A program made the position numbers and the translations under genes. Below are positions 53,431 to 64,000 of a DNA stretch of 64,000 nucleotides, one piece after another (the first letter of the stretch is position 1; the number at the start of each line of letters is the position of its first letter). The notes below the pieces were generated by a model, which did no database searches, was not told the origin of the DNA, and was given only the letters and a program-made list of their open reading frames with translations. The stretch is taken from NCBI RefSeq assembly GCF_006345805.1, contig NC_043007.1, forward strand, positions 71,424,001 through 71,488,000, given 5' to 3'. Source of the DNA: Octopus sinensis (taxonomy: Eukaryota).

Positions 53431-55249
53431 TTTTGTAACTACACAAGCCTCTTCAGTTGAAAAAAATGTGTTCTTTTGGTCAAATTGGCCATTTCTGTTG
53501 TGCATGTGTAGTGTCAAATCGAAAAGTAGCTGTTTAATATTTGTTTCATAAATCTCATGCGGATCTACATTATGCACGTAGGCACATTACTACACATTTT
53601 CAGCTGGTTTTCTAATCAGATTCCTATGAATTACGTCAATTACACCATTGCAGACGTTTCAACCCAGAATGAAAACAGAATATAACACAAATTTGTAGTG
53701 AAGCATATGGTCCCTTTTGTCCCCTTAACACTCATTCGCCTTGTATGGAAGTAGGTACAACATATATAACTCAAATTTTCAAGGAGCTCAAACAGATAAG
53801 AATGGATATCTTTTGTACTGGTGAAAAAATCCAGGTGATGGATATCTACACCACTATCCTCATTATAAAACAGAAAGAAGTAATCCTTAACAACCAGTTG
53901 TTGGTTACTATTAACCTTCTCTTTTTACATCAAATCTTTTGAGACAGTTGGAAAGTAATGACGAGGCGTCACAATTGACAAAGTAGATGAAGAGCACAAG
54001 TCGTTTCTGAGAGAGAGTGAGAGAGAGTGAGAGAGAGTGAGAGAGAGAGTGAGAGAGAGAAAGAGAGAGAGTGAGAGAGAGAGAGTGAGAGGGAGAGAGA
54101 GAGAGAGAGAAAGAGTAATGCTGACACAATCATTTGTGAAGTAATTGCATAGCTATATAGTTGGGTCTGGAATACAGGAAAAAAATTTGTGATTCAGCTT
54201 AACCAAGGAATATGTCAGAATAGTTAAGACTCGTTCTTGTGCTAATGGGTCTTAACTAAGGCAGCAACATGTTGGTAGAGCTCGTCACAAAGGAGAAATA
54301 ATTGAGGATGATTACAAGTTTGGTTTGGTAGAGAATAGTAGAGGTACTACAATAATCCATAAGTCAAAACTTCTACAAAATATTCTATGTGGGAAATGAG
54401 TGGTTTGTCACCAGAAGAAAATGCAAAATCAAAATACATGTAAATTTAAACAATGAAACATTTTACTTAGTTTGATGTGTCATTCTATGCACAGCAAACC
54501 GCTAAGAGTCGCGGTCTCCTGTCATACCCTCTTTGAAGCCCAACTTCCGAAGATCCTTTCTCAGCAGTTCGTTGCATGTCTTCCTGAGTCTACTCCTTCC
54601 ATAGTTTCCCTCTACAATCAGAGATCGGCATCTCTTGATGCAACTGTCTTCATTCATGCGCATTACATGATCATACTAGCGCACTCTTCTCTTTTGTACA
54701 CTACATATGATGCCTCGTATACCCAGTTCTTCTCTCAAATCACACTCTATCGTATATGCACTCAGACATTACTCATCCGGCAGAGAATACGGGTTTCACT
54801 GCTGTGTAGCGTAGGTGTTCGTACACAGGCATCATACATTTACACCTCGTCTTTGAACTATGCTCAGCCTATTCTTATTCTTGCAGCTATGCTTTCAGAA
54901 CAGCTTCCATCACGACTAACTTAGTCGCCTAAATAACGAAAACTGTCCACTACTTCCAAGAATCCTTCCCTGACATTTGAGAGAGTCTATTTTTTTGTAC
55001 ATTCTTCTACTATCTCTGTTAGTCTTTCGGTGATACCACTGAATCTCTTATATGTCCATACAAGCTATGGACGCATAAGAGGTCTCCATAGCCCGCATGG
55101 ACACACAAAAGAAATTTTAAACGTTAAACTTAGAACCTAGCGTTGCTAAGAAATGTATCACGAGAAAACATGACGTAAATAAAAACTATAGAATAAATAG
55201 ATAGAAATATGTATTGTAGCTGTGAAAGCATGCGCGCGTACATAGACAT

Positions 55250-55590
55250 ATATGTGGAGACCCCCTTCAGTCGTGAATGACCATGGGATAGCACCTAGAA
55301 AATTACCCTCCGAGGTACAAGTCCGGACAAGGTTGTTTGTGGAAGGCCAGCAGTCACCAATTCATACCAGCCTCCCCTCTCCATATCACAGATGTTATCC
55401 AAGGGAAAGGCAAAGGCTGTTACAGCTTGGCACCAGGGATGTTGCGACTGCTTTCTACAGCTGAGTGATCTGGAGCAACGTGAAATAAAGCGTGTGGCTC
55501 AAGAACACAACACGCATCTCGGTCCGGGAATCGAACTCACAACCTCACGATCATAAGTTCGACGCTCTAACCACTGAGCCATACGTCTTC
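55250..55590 (-). mobile_element. SINE (tRNA-like head at right end)
   Basis: Minus strand TGGCTCAGTGGTTAGAGCG..GAGTTCGATTCCC, A- and B-box-like. Confidence 0.7.
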
Positions 55591-55832
55591 ACTTATATGT
55601 ACATATATACATATATATTTACATATACATGTACACATTATTTTCTCTCTCTTTATTTTCTCTCCCTGTTTCTTTCTGTGTTCCTTTCTGTGGTAGAGCG
55701 TAGACTGGAAACGTTACATACTTTTTCACTTCTTGAGCGTTGAACTAATACATCTGTTTGTTTTCTGTGCCACCTGTCTTCGTCTTTTGTTTTTTTTGTT
55801 TGTTTTTTTTGTGAATTCTCCTTAAATATATA

Positions 55833-56840
55833 CAGTTGCGTCCAAAATATTCAGAACGGCATTGTTTTCGTCAGAAAAGTAGGTATAATTTTTTATCAAA
55901 GTTGTTTTATATTCTATCATTTTCACAGACAATAAATATGATATTATTTGTTATTGTCTCAGATTTTGGTGTAATTTGAGAGGATAATACAAAAGTTATG
56001 GATGATTTAGTAATTTACTGCAAAACCTATGGCGGCCAAAATGATCAGAACGGTTGCTTTTACTCCATGTTTTAGTATATTTAACCGGCGATCTCTAATG
56101 TTTTGAATTTGTTTACATGACGGTTTGTTTACAAAACATTAGTAAGAATATCTGCAGTGTACTTTGTTAATATAATGCCACTTAATCCGTTACCAATTCG
56201 TCAGTAGATTATTAAGCTTCGGAAGAAGGATAATTTAAGTATTGGGTCTATTGCAAAGATTGTTAACAAGTCAAAAAGTGTTGTTCACGGTATTCTTAAG
56301 GTCTACGATGATTGTGGTTCATGTGAAGCCAGAAAGTCTACAGGTAGGCCAAGAAAAACGACCAAGAGAGAAGATTGTGCTATGGTAAAGTTGGTTAAAA
56401 AGGACAGATTTAAAACTGCTGCTGCTGTTTCTCGGGAAATGAGCATTGTACTGAAGAAAACTTTATCTCGAAAAACTGTGTCTCGTCGTTTAGTTGAACA
56501 TGACCTACAAGCAAGAGCACCTTAGTGAAGCCACTGATCAGCTCCAAGAATAAAATGTATCGTCTTACCTTTGCAACCGAACATGTGTTGTGGTCTCAAG
56601 AAAAATAGCAAACAGTGCATTTCAGTGATGAATCTAAGTTTATGTTATTTGACTCAGATGGGAAAAGGTACATTCGTCGAAAAGTAGGTGAAAATTTGTC
56701 GCCTAAATGCCTTAAGACTAGTGTTAAATTCGGCGGAGGAAGTGTCATGGTTTGGGGGAATATATCTGGAGATGGTGTGGGCCCTTTGGTGCGATTACAT
56801 GGAAAGTTAAATGCAGGAGTTTATAAACAACTTGTAAAAG
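55833..56840 (+). mobile_element. Tc1-like transposon, 3'-truncated
   Basis: TA|CAGTTGCGTCCAAAA end; GRPRKTT, FSDESKF and KFGGGSVMVWG motifs. Confidence 0.88.
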
Positions 56841-56879
56841 ATCTGCTTAATAAGGTTCTTCTTTTTGCACTTTAAAATT

Positions 56880-57420
56880 CCGCCCTAGCTAAGCGAGGTG
56901 TGGATATTATTCTAGCTGTCAGTCGAACAGCTATCAAGTTTGGCGGAAAACTTTGGGCCTGCAAGGATACCCTCGATAACTTCGACATTCCAATGGCGGT
57001 TAGCGATTCGGCACCAGTCACAGACCTCGTAAGATGTTACCAACTTTACAGTCACTGGGATCACTTCCCCAATATTTCCGATGGTCTGTATAGAGATGAT
57101 GCTCTCTTTGCGGTCCAGGGTTATAGTAACCGAGAAATCGAACAATATCGTAAAAGAATTAAGATACTTCTTTAAGAAAGTTGGCTATAGTGTATGTTTT
57201 TGTTCCGGTCTTCAAAGTGCAAACTTCCAGGGTGATACCTCAGGTTTACAAAACGATTCTTTTTCTTCTCGCCAGAAATCTGATGGGCTCCTTAATTAGG
57301 TTAACTTGTTATCTAATCACTCTCATTCTGTCCTTAAATCAATGAGTGACATGGTGTCTTATAAAATTTCATATGTATCCAGTAATAAGGAAACATTCAA
57401 ATAATATGCCAAATATTATA
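56880..57420 (+). mobile_element. Penelope-like RT fragment
   Basis: FDIPMA.SDSAPVTDLV..GLYRDDAL (YxDD catalytic motif). Confidence 0.7.
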
Positions 57421-57439
57421 AAAGTGCATTATTTACATT

Positions 57440-57674
57440 ATTTACATTATTTACATTTGACGGATATTTGTCCTCATCTTGTTTGTTGTTAACAAGTTTT
57501 GGCTGATATACCCTCAAGCTTTCATCAGGTGCCTTAAGGAAATTTCGAACTTGGGTTCTCATTCCTAAGGTATTTTTCGAGGTTATTATTATTATTGTTG
57601 TTGTTCTTGTTGTTCTTGTTCTTCTTCTTCTTCTTCATCATCATCATCATTATTATTATTATATTATTATTATA

Positions 57675-57711
<37 letters not shown>

Positions 57712-58015
57712 TATATTATTATTATATTATATTATTATTATTATTATTATTCAGGTCACTGCTTGGAATCGAACTCGGAATCCTGGGTTTAGTAGCCCGC
57801 GTTCTAAACCACTACGCCATATGCCCACAGGCATATGGCGTAGAGGTTAAGAGTACGGGCTACTAACCCCAGAATTCGAAAAATACCTTAGGAATAAGAA
57901 CCCAGGTTCGAAATTTCCCCCAGTTACCTGATGAAATCTGGAGGGCACATCAACCGAAATATTGTGTTAACAAAAACAAGATGAGAACAAATATCCGTCA
58001 AATGTAAATAATGTA
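57440..58015. repeat. Nested inverted repeat: ~140-bp outer arms plus head-to-head tRNA-like hairpin
   Basis: 57443-57580 pairs with 57876-58015; 57775-57878 is a self-complementary tRNA/SINE-head duplication. Confidence 0.85.
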
Positions 58016-58096
58016 CATAATTCCTCATCTCTTAAATATAGAACTGTATTATAAAAGTGCTCTAAACTGAGTCGGCTATAGGAACTTGATTAGGTA

Positions 58097-58153
<57 letters not shown>

Positions 58154-58174
58154 ATTATTATTATTATTATTATT

Positions 58175-59615
58175 CCTTCGTAACACAGTTTAGGTAAAAA
58201 TGCACCGGAGTCTTTAGTCATCTGTCAAGTCTCAACAAGCACCTCAGACAGATAATGCTTCCCTTAAGATGTACGCTGTGCCCAGTCAGGCTGCTTTTAC
58301 AAGACATCAATCTTGCATGGGATTTCCAGTTGCCTTAAGAAGTCTTGAAGTTTCAATGGGATTGAGCCCTACGCTCACCACTGATATCACTTTTACATTA
58401 TCCCCTCGCATTCCATTTTCAACCTCTTTACTCACAACTTGCATGTCATTTGGCATGGCTACATCAATGATCTGACAGTATTTGTCTCTCTTACTCAATA
58501 TGACAATATCCGGTCGACGGTGTTCGATTACACGATAACTTTACTTGGTACATGATCATACCAGTTCTCTCTTACTTCATATTGGCATTTATAGCATAAG
58601 AGCCAATGAAGATAAACACACACTCTATCGTGGCGGCGCTTGTATTCTTTTTGTACAAGGCTCTCACATCCACTTATCAAGTGGGTCACATTTTCCACAC
58701 ACTTTCCACAGAGTCTGTACTTCAGAGTGTCAGAAGTTTTATAGATGTTATACTTCACTGAATTGGTAGCGAGAGCATAGTCTTGCGCAGCAATGATCAG
58801 GCTTCGGTGGTATGCTTCAATTCACCTCGCTCAAGCCATGCCCACGATACTCTATTATCCTTGACGTCTTATGTATTCCTTTCAAACTGTCCATGCATTC
58901 TCTTTTCAAGAAGGTCTTCTTTTCTCTTCTCCTCAGCTCTTTTGTTTAACTCTTCCTAGCCCATCATTTCATCTGCATTTACACCCATATCATTCGTGGC
59001 AGATTGCAGCAGGTCTTCATCACTATTTATCAAATACTCGGCAAGCGTTCTCCTTTTACTCTTTATACAATGGTCTATACTAATTAGTCCTTTGCTATTA
59101 TTCCTTCTTTTCATATACAGACTGTTTACGTTTGCCTTAGGGTATAGCACCCCATGCAGCGTCATCAACTTTCTCGTCCTTCTATCCAGTGTTGATATTT
59201 CCTCCTTAGTCCATAGAGGATGGGCCCACTATATCTGATCACTGCAACTGCCCAGATATTAATTGCGGTAATCAAATTTTTGGCAGTCAGGTTGGATTTC
59301 AACATCATCTTTATCCTTTTTTGAAACACCTCGCTAACCTTGACTTTAATTTCTCTGTGTAGAATGTCATCCAACTCCGAAATCCCTAAACATCTGTACC
59401 CACTACCGTCGGTTTCATCCATTGTCTCTCCTGATGGTAATTGCAATCCTCTCCAGGATGCTCTTCCTTCTTTTCATATTAAGTACCGAGCATTTGGTAA
59501 TCCCAAATTCCATACCGATGTACCTACTACACTTCTGGACTGTTTTAGTTAAGGAATCTATCTGTTTTTCAGATTTCCCAAACAATTTCAAGTCATCCAT
59601 AAACAGAAGATGATG
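58175..59615 (-). mobile_element. R4/Dong-like non-LTR retrotransposon relic
   Basis: MDDLKLF (RT), AINIWAVAVIRYS, RLC..ENVTHLISGC..YKRRHD (CCHC), RPDI..IIDVA (RLE); 3' end abuts a (TAA)n tract. Confidence 0.85.
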
Positions 59616-59779
59616 TTTAAAATTTCAGCGCGTTCGGATGAACAACACTAGAGTTCGCACAAACAGACAGACAGAACAGATTTTATATATTAGGTATACA
59701 TAAATATATATATATATATTTGTGTGGAGGGTGCGTACGTGCGTGCATTTGCATAGGTGCGTCGGTATGTAGATGGGCA

Positions 59780-60013
59780 TAGGGCGGTGAGCTGGCAGAA
59801 ACGTTAGCACGCCGGGTGAAATGCTTAGCAGTATTTCGTCTGCCGCTACGTTCTGAGTTCAAATTCCGCCGAGGTCGACTTTGCCTTTCATCCTTTTGGG
59901 GTCGATTAAATAAGTACCAGTTACACACTGGGGTCGATGTAATCGAATTAATACGTAAGTCTGGCCTTGTTTGTCCCCTCTATGTTTAACCCCTTGTGGG
60001 TAATAAAGAAATA
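59780..60013 (+). mobile_element. tRNA-derived SINE with 16-bp TSD
   Basis: TSD GGTATGTAGATGGGCA at 59764-59779 and 60014-60029. Confidence 0.9.
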
Positions 60014-60511
60014 GGTATGTAGATGGGCAGGCCGCTTGTACAGGTGCCTTGTATTTCTGCAGACCGACCGCCACCCCTTAGCTATTACTAAATCGGACGA
60101 CATGATGTCAGTAGCCAGGAAAATCTGTCGTCACATCTCTTACTTATTGAAGTTTATGGCCGCAATTTTTCCCCATATCAGTAACTTATTTTCTCTTTTC
60201 TCTTTCTCCTTTCTTCCATTCTCTCTCGTTTTCTTCCTACTCCTTAACTCTAAAGTACAATGTCAGTTGCACATTTTGTGTCTCAGACTTTGTTTATCCC
60301 CCGTTGATTCTCTTGACATATTTCTCGACCTGTTTATTTTTTTAATATTTTGTATTATTTGTGGTGTTGTGGACTTGAAAATTCGAAGTGACAGTGTAAC
60401 CTCCATTTTATTGAAGTAATCTCAGCCTGATGATTAGCTATATTTAGCAATATTCATTGCTTAACTATTACATCAAGAGGCTCATCTAGCTGGGAAACAT
60501 ATGTAACAAGC

Positions 60512-60542
<31 letters not shown>

Positions 60543-60646
60543 TGTATGTATGTATGTATGTATGTATGCATGCATGCATGTATGCATGCATGTATGTATG
60601 CATGCATATATGTATGTATACACACAGAAACACACTCTCATCGCCT

Positions 60647-60694
<48 letters not shown>

Positions 60695-61130
60695 GCATAG
60701 AGGGAGTGTGACAGATTTGTAAAAACTCTGCAACTATCGCAAATGTCATAGGTCAGTAGAAAGAAAAGCCTTTTAAGCGCTGTTTCATAAAGCCATCTTG
60801 ACTATTTTATTTTTATATATTTTGTACCACAGGCTTCTCAAGTCACCACTGTGGTGTTCTGCACTTCGAAGGATTGTTAAATGGTCTTGAAAAGTTATTA
60901 AAATGTGAACTTGTTAAAGGAAATAATTTAAGAATTTCAAAAATAACAGTATTCTAATGGAATTTTTACAATTCACAAAATTTTCTTTTTTTTTTTACTA
61001 AACATTCACAGGAAAGTAAGATCATAGCTGTCTGAAAATGCAAGCAATAAGGAAATATTTATTGATTAACTTATAAATTAATGACCATAGTATTCATTAT
61101 TGAAACCAGTAGTTGAACATTTGGTTATAA

Positions 61131-61369
61131 TTTTGATACTCATAAACTTCATCACACATCATTCTATGAACTCAATATTCTTCATATATCTCAGGAACAA
61201 AATATGGATCACAACCATAAGTAACATGTACACTGACATTTTCTAAATATTCACTATCTGGGGGGATTTGACAAAAACATTTTCTACATATTCATTCTAG
61301 AGGGAATTTGACAAAAACTTTATGTCCTTCCAGCTTTCCGAAATTCAGTACTGATGTACCTTTAGTTAA
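61131..61369 (-). pseudogene. 3' fragment of a further M4 paralog
   Basis: Translates to KGTSVLNFGKLEGHKVFVK...YLENVSVHVTYGCDPYFVPEIYEEY*VHRMMCDE, with stops and an internal duplication. Followed by its own 3'UTR-homologous block (~60900-61130). Confidence 0.85.
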
Positions 61370-61680
61370 ATTTCAAAAATGTCAACTTGGATAAATATGT
61401 GAATTTGTTACTTATAATTTTACATTTGATGCAAGATGAGAAAATAACAATATTTTAATGAAATAAAGATACAAATTATGTTTATTACAATTTTCAATTT
61501 GTGTTACCTACTGAGCAACCGAAAAAATGTAAACTTACAATTATCTGCAAATGCAAGCAATTATGAAATATTTATTAATTAAATTGTAAATTAAGGAACA
61601 TATTATTTATAGAAACTGGTATATAAATATCCGATTATATATTTAAAACACGAAATTCTCATTACACATCCACGTGTGAA

Positions 61681-63539
61681 TCATATGGCTCTATCCAACC
61701 CATAAGAAACACGTACACTAACATTTTTTAAATTTTCGCTAGATTCTGGAGATAATTTGACAAAGAACTTATGTCCTTCAGGCTTCCCCAAATTCAATTC
61801 TGATGTGCCTTCAGCTAATAATGTAACTGGATCTGAACCATCTGAACCATCTCCCTCTGTTAGCATATTGCTCTTTGATACCTTAATATGAACTTTGCCA
61901 CACATACTAGTGGCAGTAATTGTAATATTCCCAGCCCAGCTTGGATAAACAAAATAAAAGACTGGGTTTGTTTTAACTGACACTGTGATACTTGAGACTG
62001 TTTTGTTAAATGTCAATCCTCGAATATGTTTTTCTACATCACATGGTTTAATTCCTACAAGTTCAAAGGCTTTAATAAAGGGGGTTAGATCTTTCCCAAG
62101 ATCATAGGCAACCTTCAACATATCACAAGCCCCTGAAGTGAAATCTGTATAATGATGCCAATATATTTCATTGGCAATAAGGAAAACTCGATAAGCTTCC
62201 ATGATATCCATTTTTAATTCGTGTACAATGTAGTAAAAAATAAAATTATAAATCCCACTACCATGATGAGGATCCGTGTTTTCAGTGAAGTTATCTACAT
62301 GACTTATCGATATATTGTCCAGGGATGGATCTGCCATAAATCTCAATGCTTCCTTATGTTTCAGGAGGTTGAAGCCAATTAACCAGTCATTTTTATCTAT
62401 ATAATTTTCAGTAACTTCTCCTGTAATATCAGAAAAAGCCTCATTCATAGATCCAGACTGATTCAAGTAAATCAATCCAGAGTGTTGTTCTGTGAAACCA
62501 TGAGCAAATTCATGTGCAACAACATCAGCATCTGTTAAAGGATAAAAGTATTTATAGCCATCACCAAATGTGCAATGTTTCCCATCCCAAAATGCCTCTT
62601 CATAATTTTTCCCATAATGAACACGCAATATAGCTTGTTCGTTTAGTATTGAAGTATTATAACATTCCTGAAACATTTGAGATACTACACTGCCGTAATA
62701 GAAAGCATCAAGTGCTGGAGATATCGCTGCATTGACACTATCATTAAAACCAACGTCACAAAGATAATACATAGGATCTGTATAATTAGAGACTCTCCCA
62801 ATACTGTTTTGCATGTCTATAACCTTTACATAATTATTTTCCAGGAAACACATGTCACCAATTTGAGTTACAAAAGCTTTGTGATTTTTGTCACTAAATT
62901 TGTATATTCCTGATTTTTCATTACCACCGGAACCAGTCAGTACTGTGGAAATGGTATCTAAATTGTTATATTTTAACAGTATTTCTCCAGTGTTACCATC
63001 AATGACAAATGTAGGCCGTTTAATAACTACTTCATTTTCTATTCTATAATTTATATCGTATACTAATCGAGGTTTGTCATTTTCATCCATGAAAATCATA
63101 ATTTCATATTCTGGTTCGATACTATTTGCGTAAATCTCATCTCCCTCTGCTTTAAAAGCAATATCAAAGACATCTGATTTGGAAAGCTTTGGTTTTACAT
63201 TTGTAATATCATCTTCAATTCCTTGAATAAATGTTCCTGTTGCATCACCAGTCAAATGTCCATCTTTATCTTCTGTAACAGTTAATGAAGCATCAAAAAC
63301 AGGAACACCTAAGAACTTCTCTTGTAAGCGTAAAACTTCTGTGCCTTCAACTGTTTTGATACGGTTTGACTCTTCAACTTCTTCATACTACTTCAAACCA
63401 AGAAGATCTCTGACTGTTACTTTAGCTTTATCTAAATGACGACGCTGAAACGGAGCTGAGGGATGATAAATCATCCTCCTTGCTCTTTCATGAGCATCAA
63501 CACGATAAGCTGCATCAGATGTCTTTATCAGTAATAAAC
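61681..63539 (-). pseudogene. M4 protease copy 3, exon 2, disrupted (exon 1 outside the window)
   Basis: Acceptor intact (63541-63540). GAG>TAG at 63390-63388 (Glu50 of the exon-2 frame). An apparent ~16-nt deletion near the 3' end gives YGLDRAI* and removes the two C-terminal Cys. Catalytic motifs HEFAH and NEAFSD are intact. Confidence 0.85.
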
Positions 63540-64000
63540 CTAAATAATGAAAACATTACAATTATTAATAACAGAACCATTAGGATTTTTTCTTTAAGAC
63601 GGACACTAATTTTTTGACAATACATAGTAAATAAACATCTGGGGCAGGCCTAATTTATTTTTTTAAAATTGTAATTAATTAACAATTCACATTAATACAA
63701 ATATGAACTTATAGTTTAAAATATATAGCTCATTGAAGAAATACATCAGTATCAAGAAATTCATCCAAAAAGAAATTCAATGGGTTTTTGCAGTTAATTT
63801 AGTGTTTGGTGAAATAGGGAGGTGATTTGTTAGACGGAATGAATAACTTTTAAGTGAATGGTTGCGAGTGACCTTTTAGTAAAACAACAAGCATAGCATT
63901 CAAACCAGAAATCTCAATACAAACATTTCAGATCGATTGAGTGTCAATCTGAAGACAGTGCAGAAGATTCGGAAAGAGTTGGATGAGTCCAATTGTAATT

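Larger units (their letters stand above)
51480..54460 (-). pseudogene. Exon-less relic of an M4 gene intron 1 (interrupted by repeats)
   Basis: 51900-52170 aligns by eye with 5885-6135 (copy 1 intron). 53575-54460 aligns with 48412-49240 (copy 2 intron) and stops just before where exon 1 would be. Confidence 0.7.

Noticed and set aside
57750-57880. tRNA gene
   Set aside because: Only degenerate tRNA-derived heads in inverted arrangement; no convincing complete cloverleaf.
61681-63255. Intact 524-aa protease as given by the ORF track
   Set aside because: Starts at an internal TTG downstream of a premature TAG, so it lacks the signal peptide and half the prodomain.

Overview
AT-rich, microsatellite- and transposon-dense animal genomic DNA. 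The SINE families and (TA)n/(CA)n/(TATG)n landscape look like an octopus/coleoid cephalopod genome (inference). Almost all short ORFs in the track are microsatellite or transposon noise. The core of the window is a minus-strand tandem array, spaced about 28-30 kb, of secreted thermolysin-family (MEROPS M4) zinc metalloproteases of the Gram-negative pseudolysin/vibriolysin type. They are built as eukaryotic genes: TATA box, a small signal-peptide exon, one phase-1 GT-AG intron, then one ~1.9 kb exon with prodomain, catalytic domain and C-terminal extension. Copy 1 (exons 10215-10167 + 5442-3521) and copy 2 (49307-49262 + 36012-34100) are intact. Copy 3 (63539-61681) has a premature TAG and a 3' frameshift. 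An orphan exon 1 with a dead splice donor (19.8 kb), an exon-less intron relic (51.5-54.5 kb) and a 3' gene fragment (61.2 kb) record further lost copies. Prodomains are nearly identical between copies while residues near the active site have diverged strongly. Between the genes lie mariner/Tc1, piggyBac, Helitron, Chapaev-like, Gypsy, CR1, RTE, R4/Dong-like, CRE-like and Penelope relics, several long inverted repeats, a newly expanded minisatellite, and at least four type I hammerhead-ribozyme motifs.
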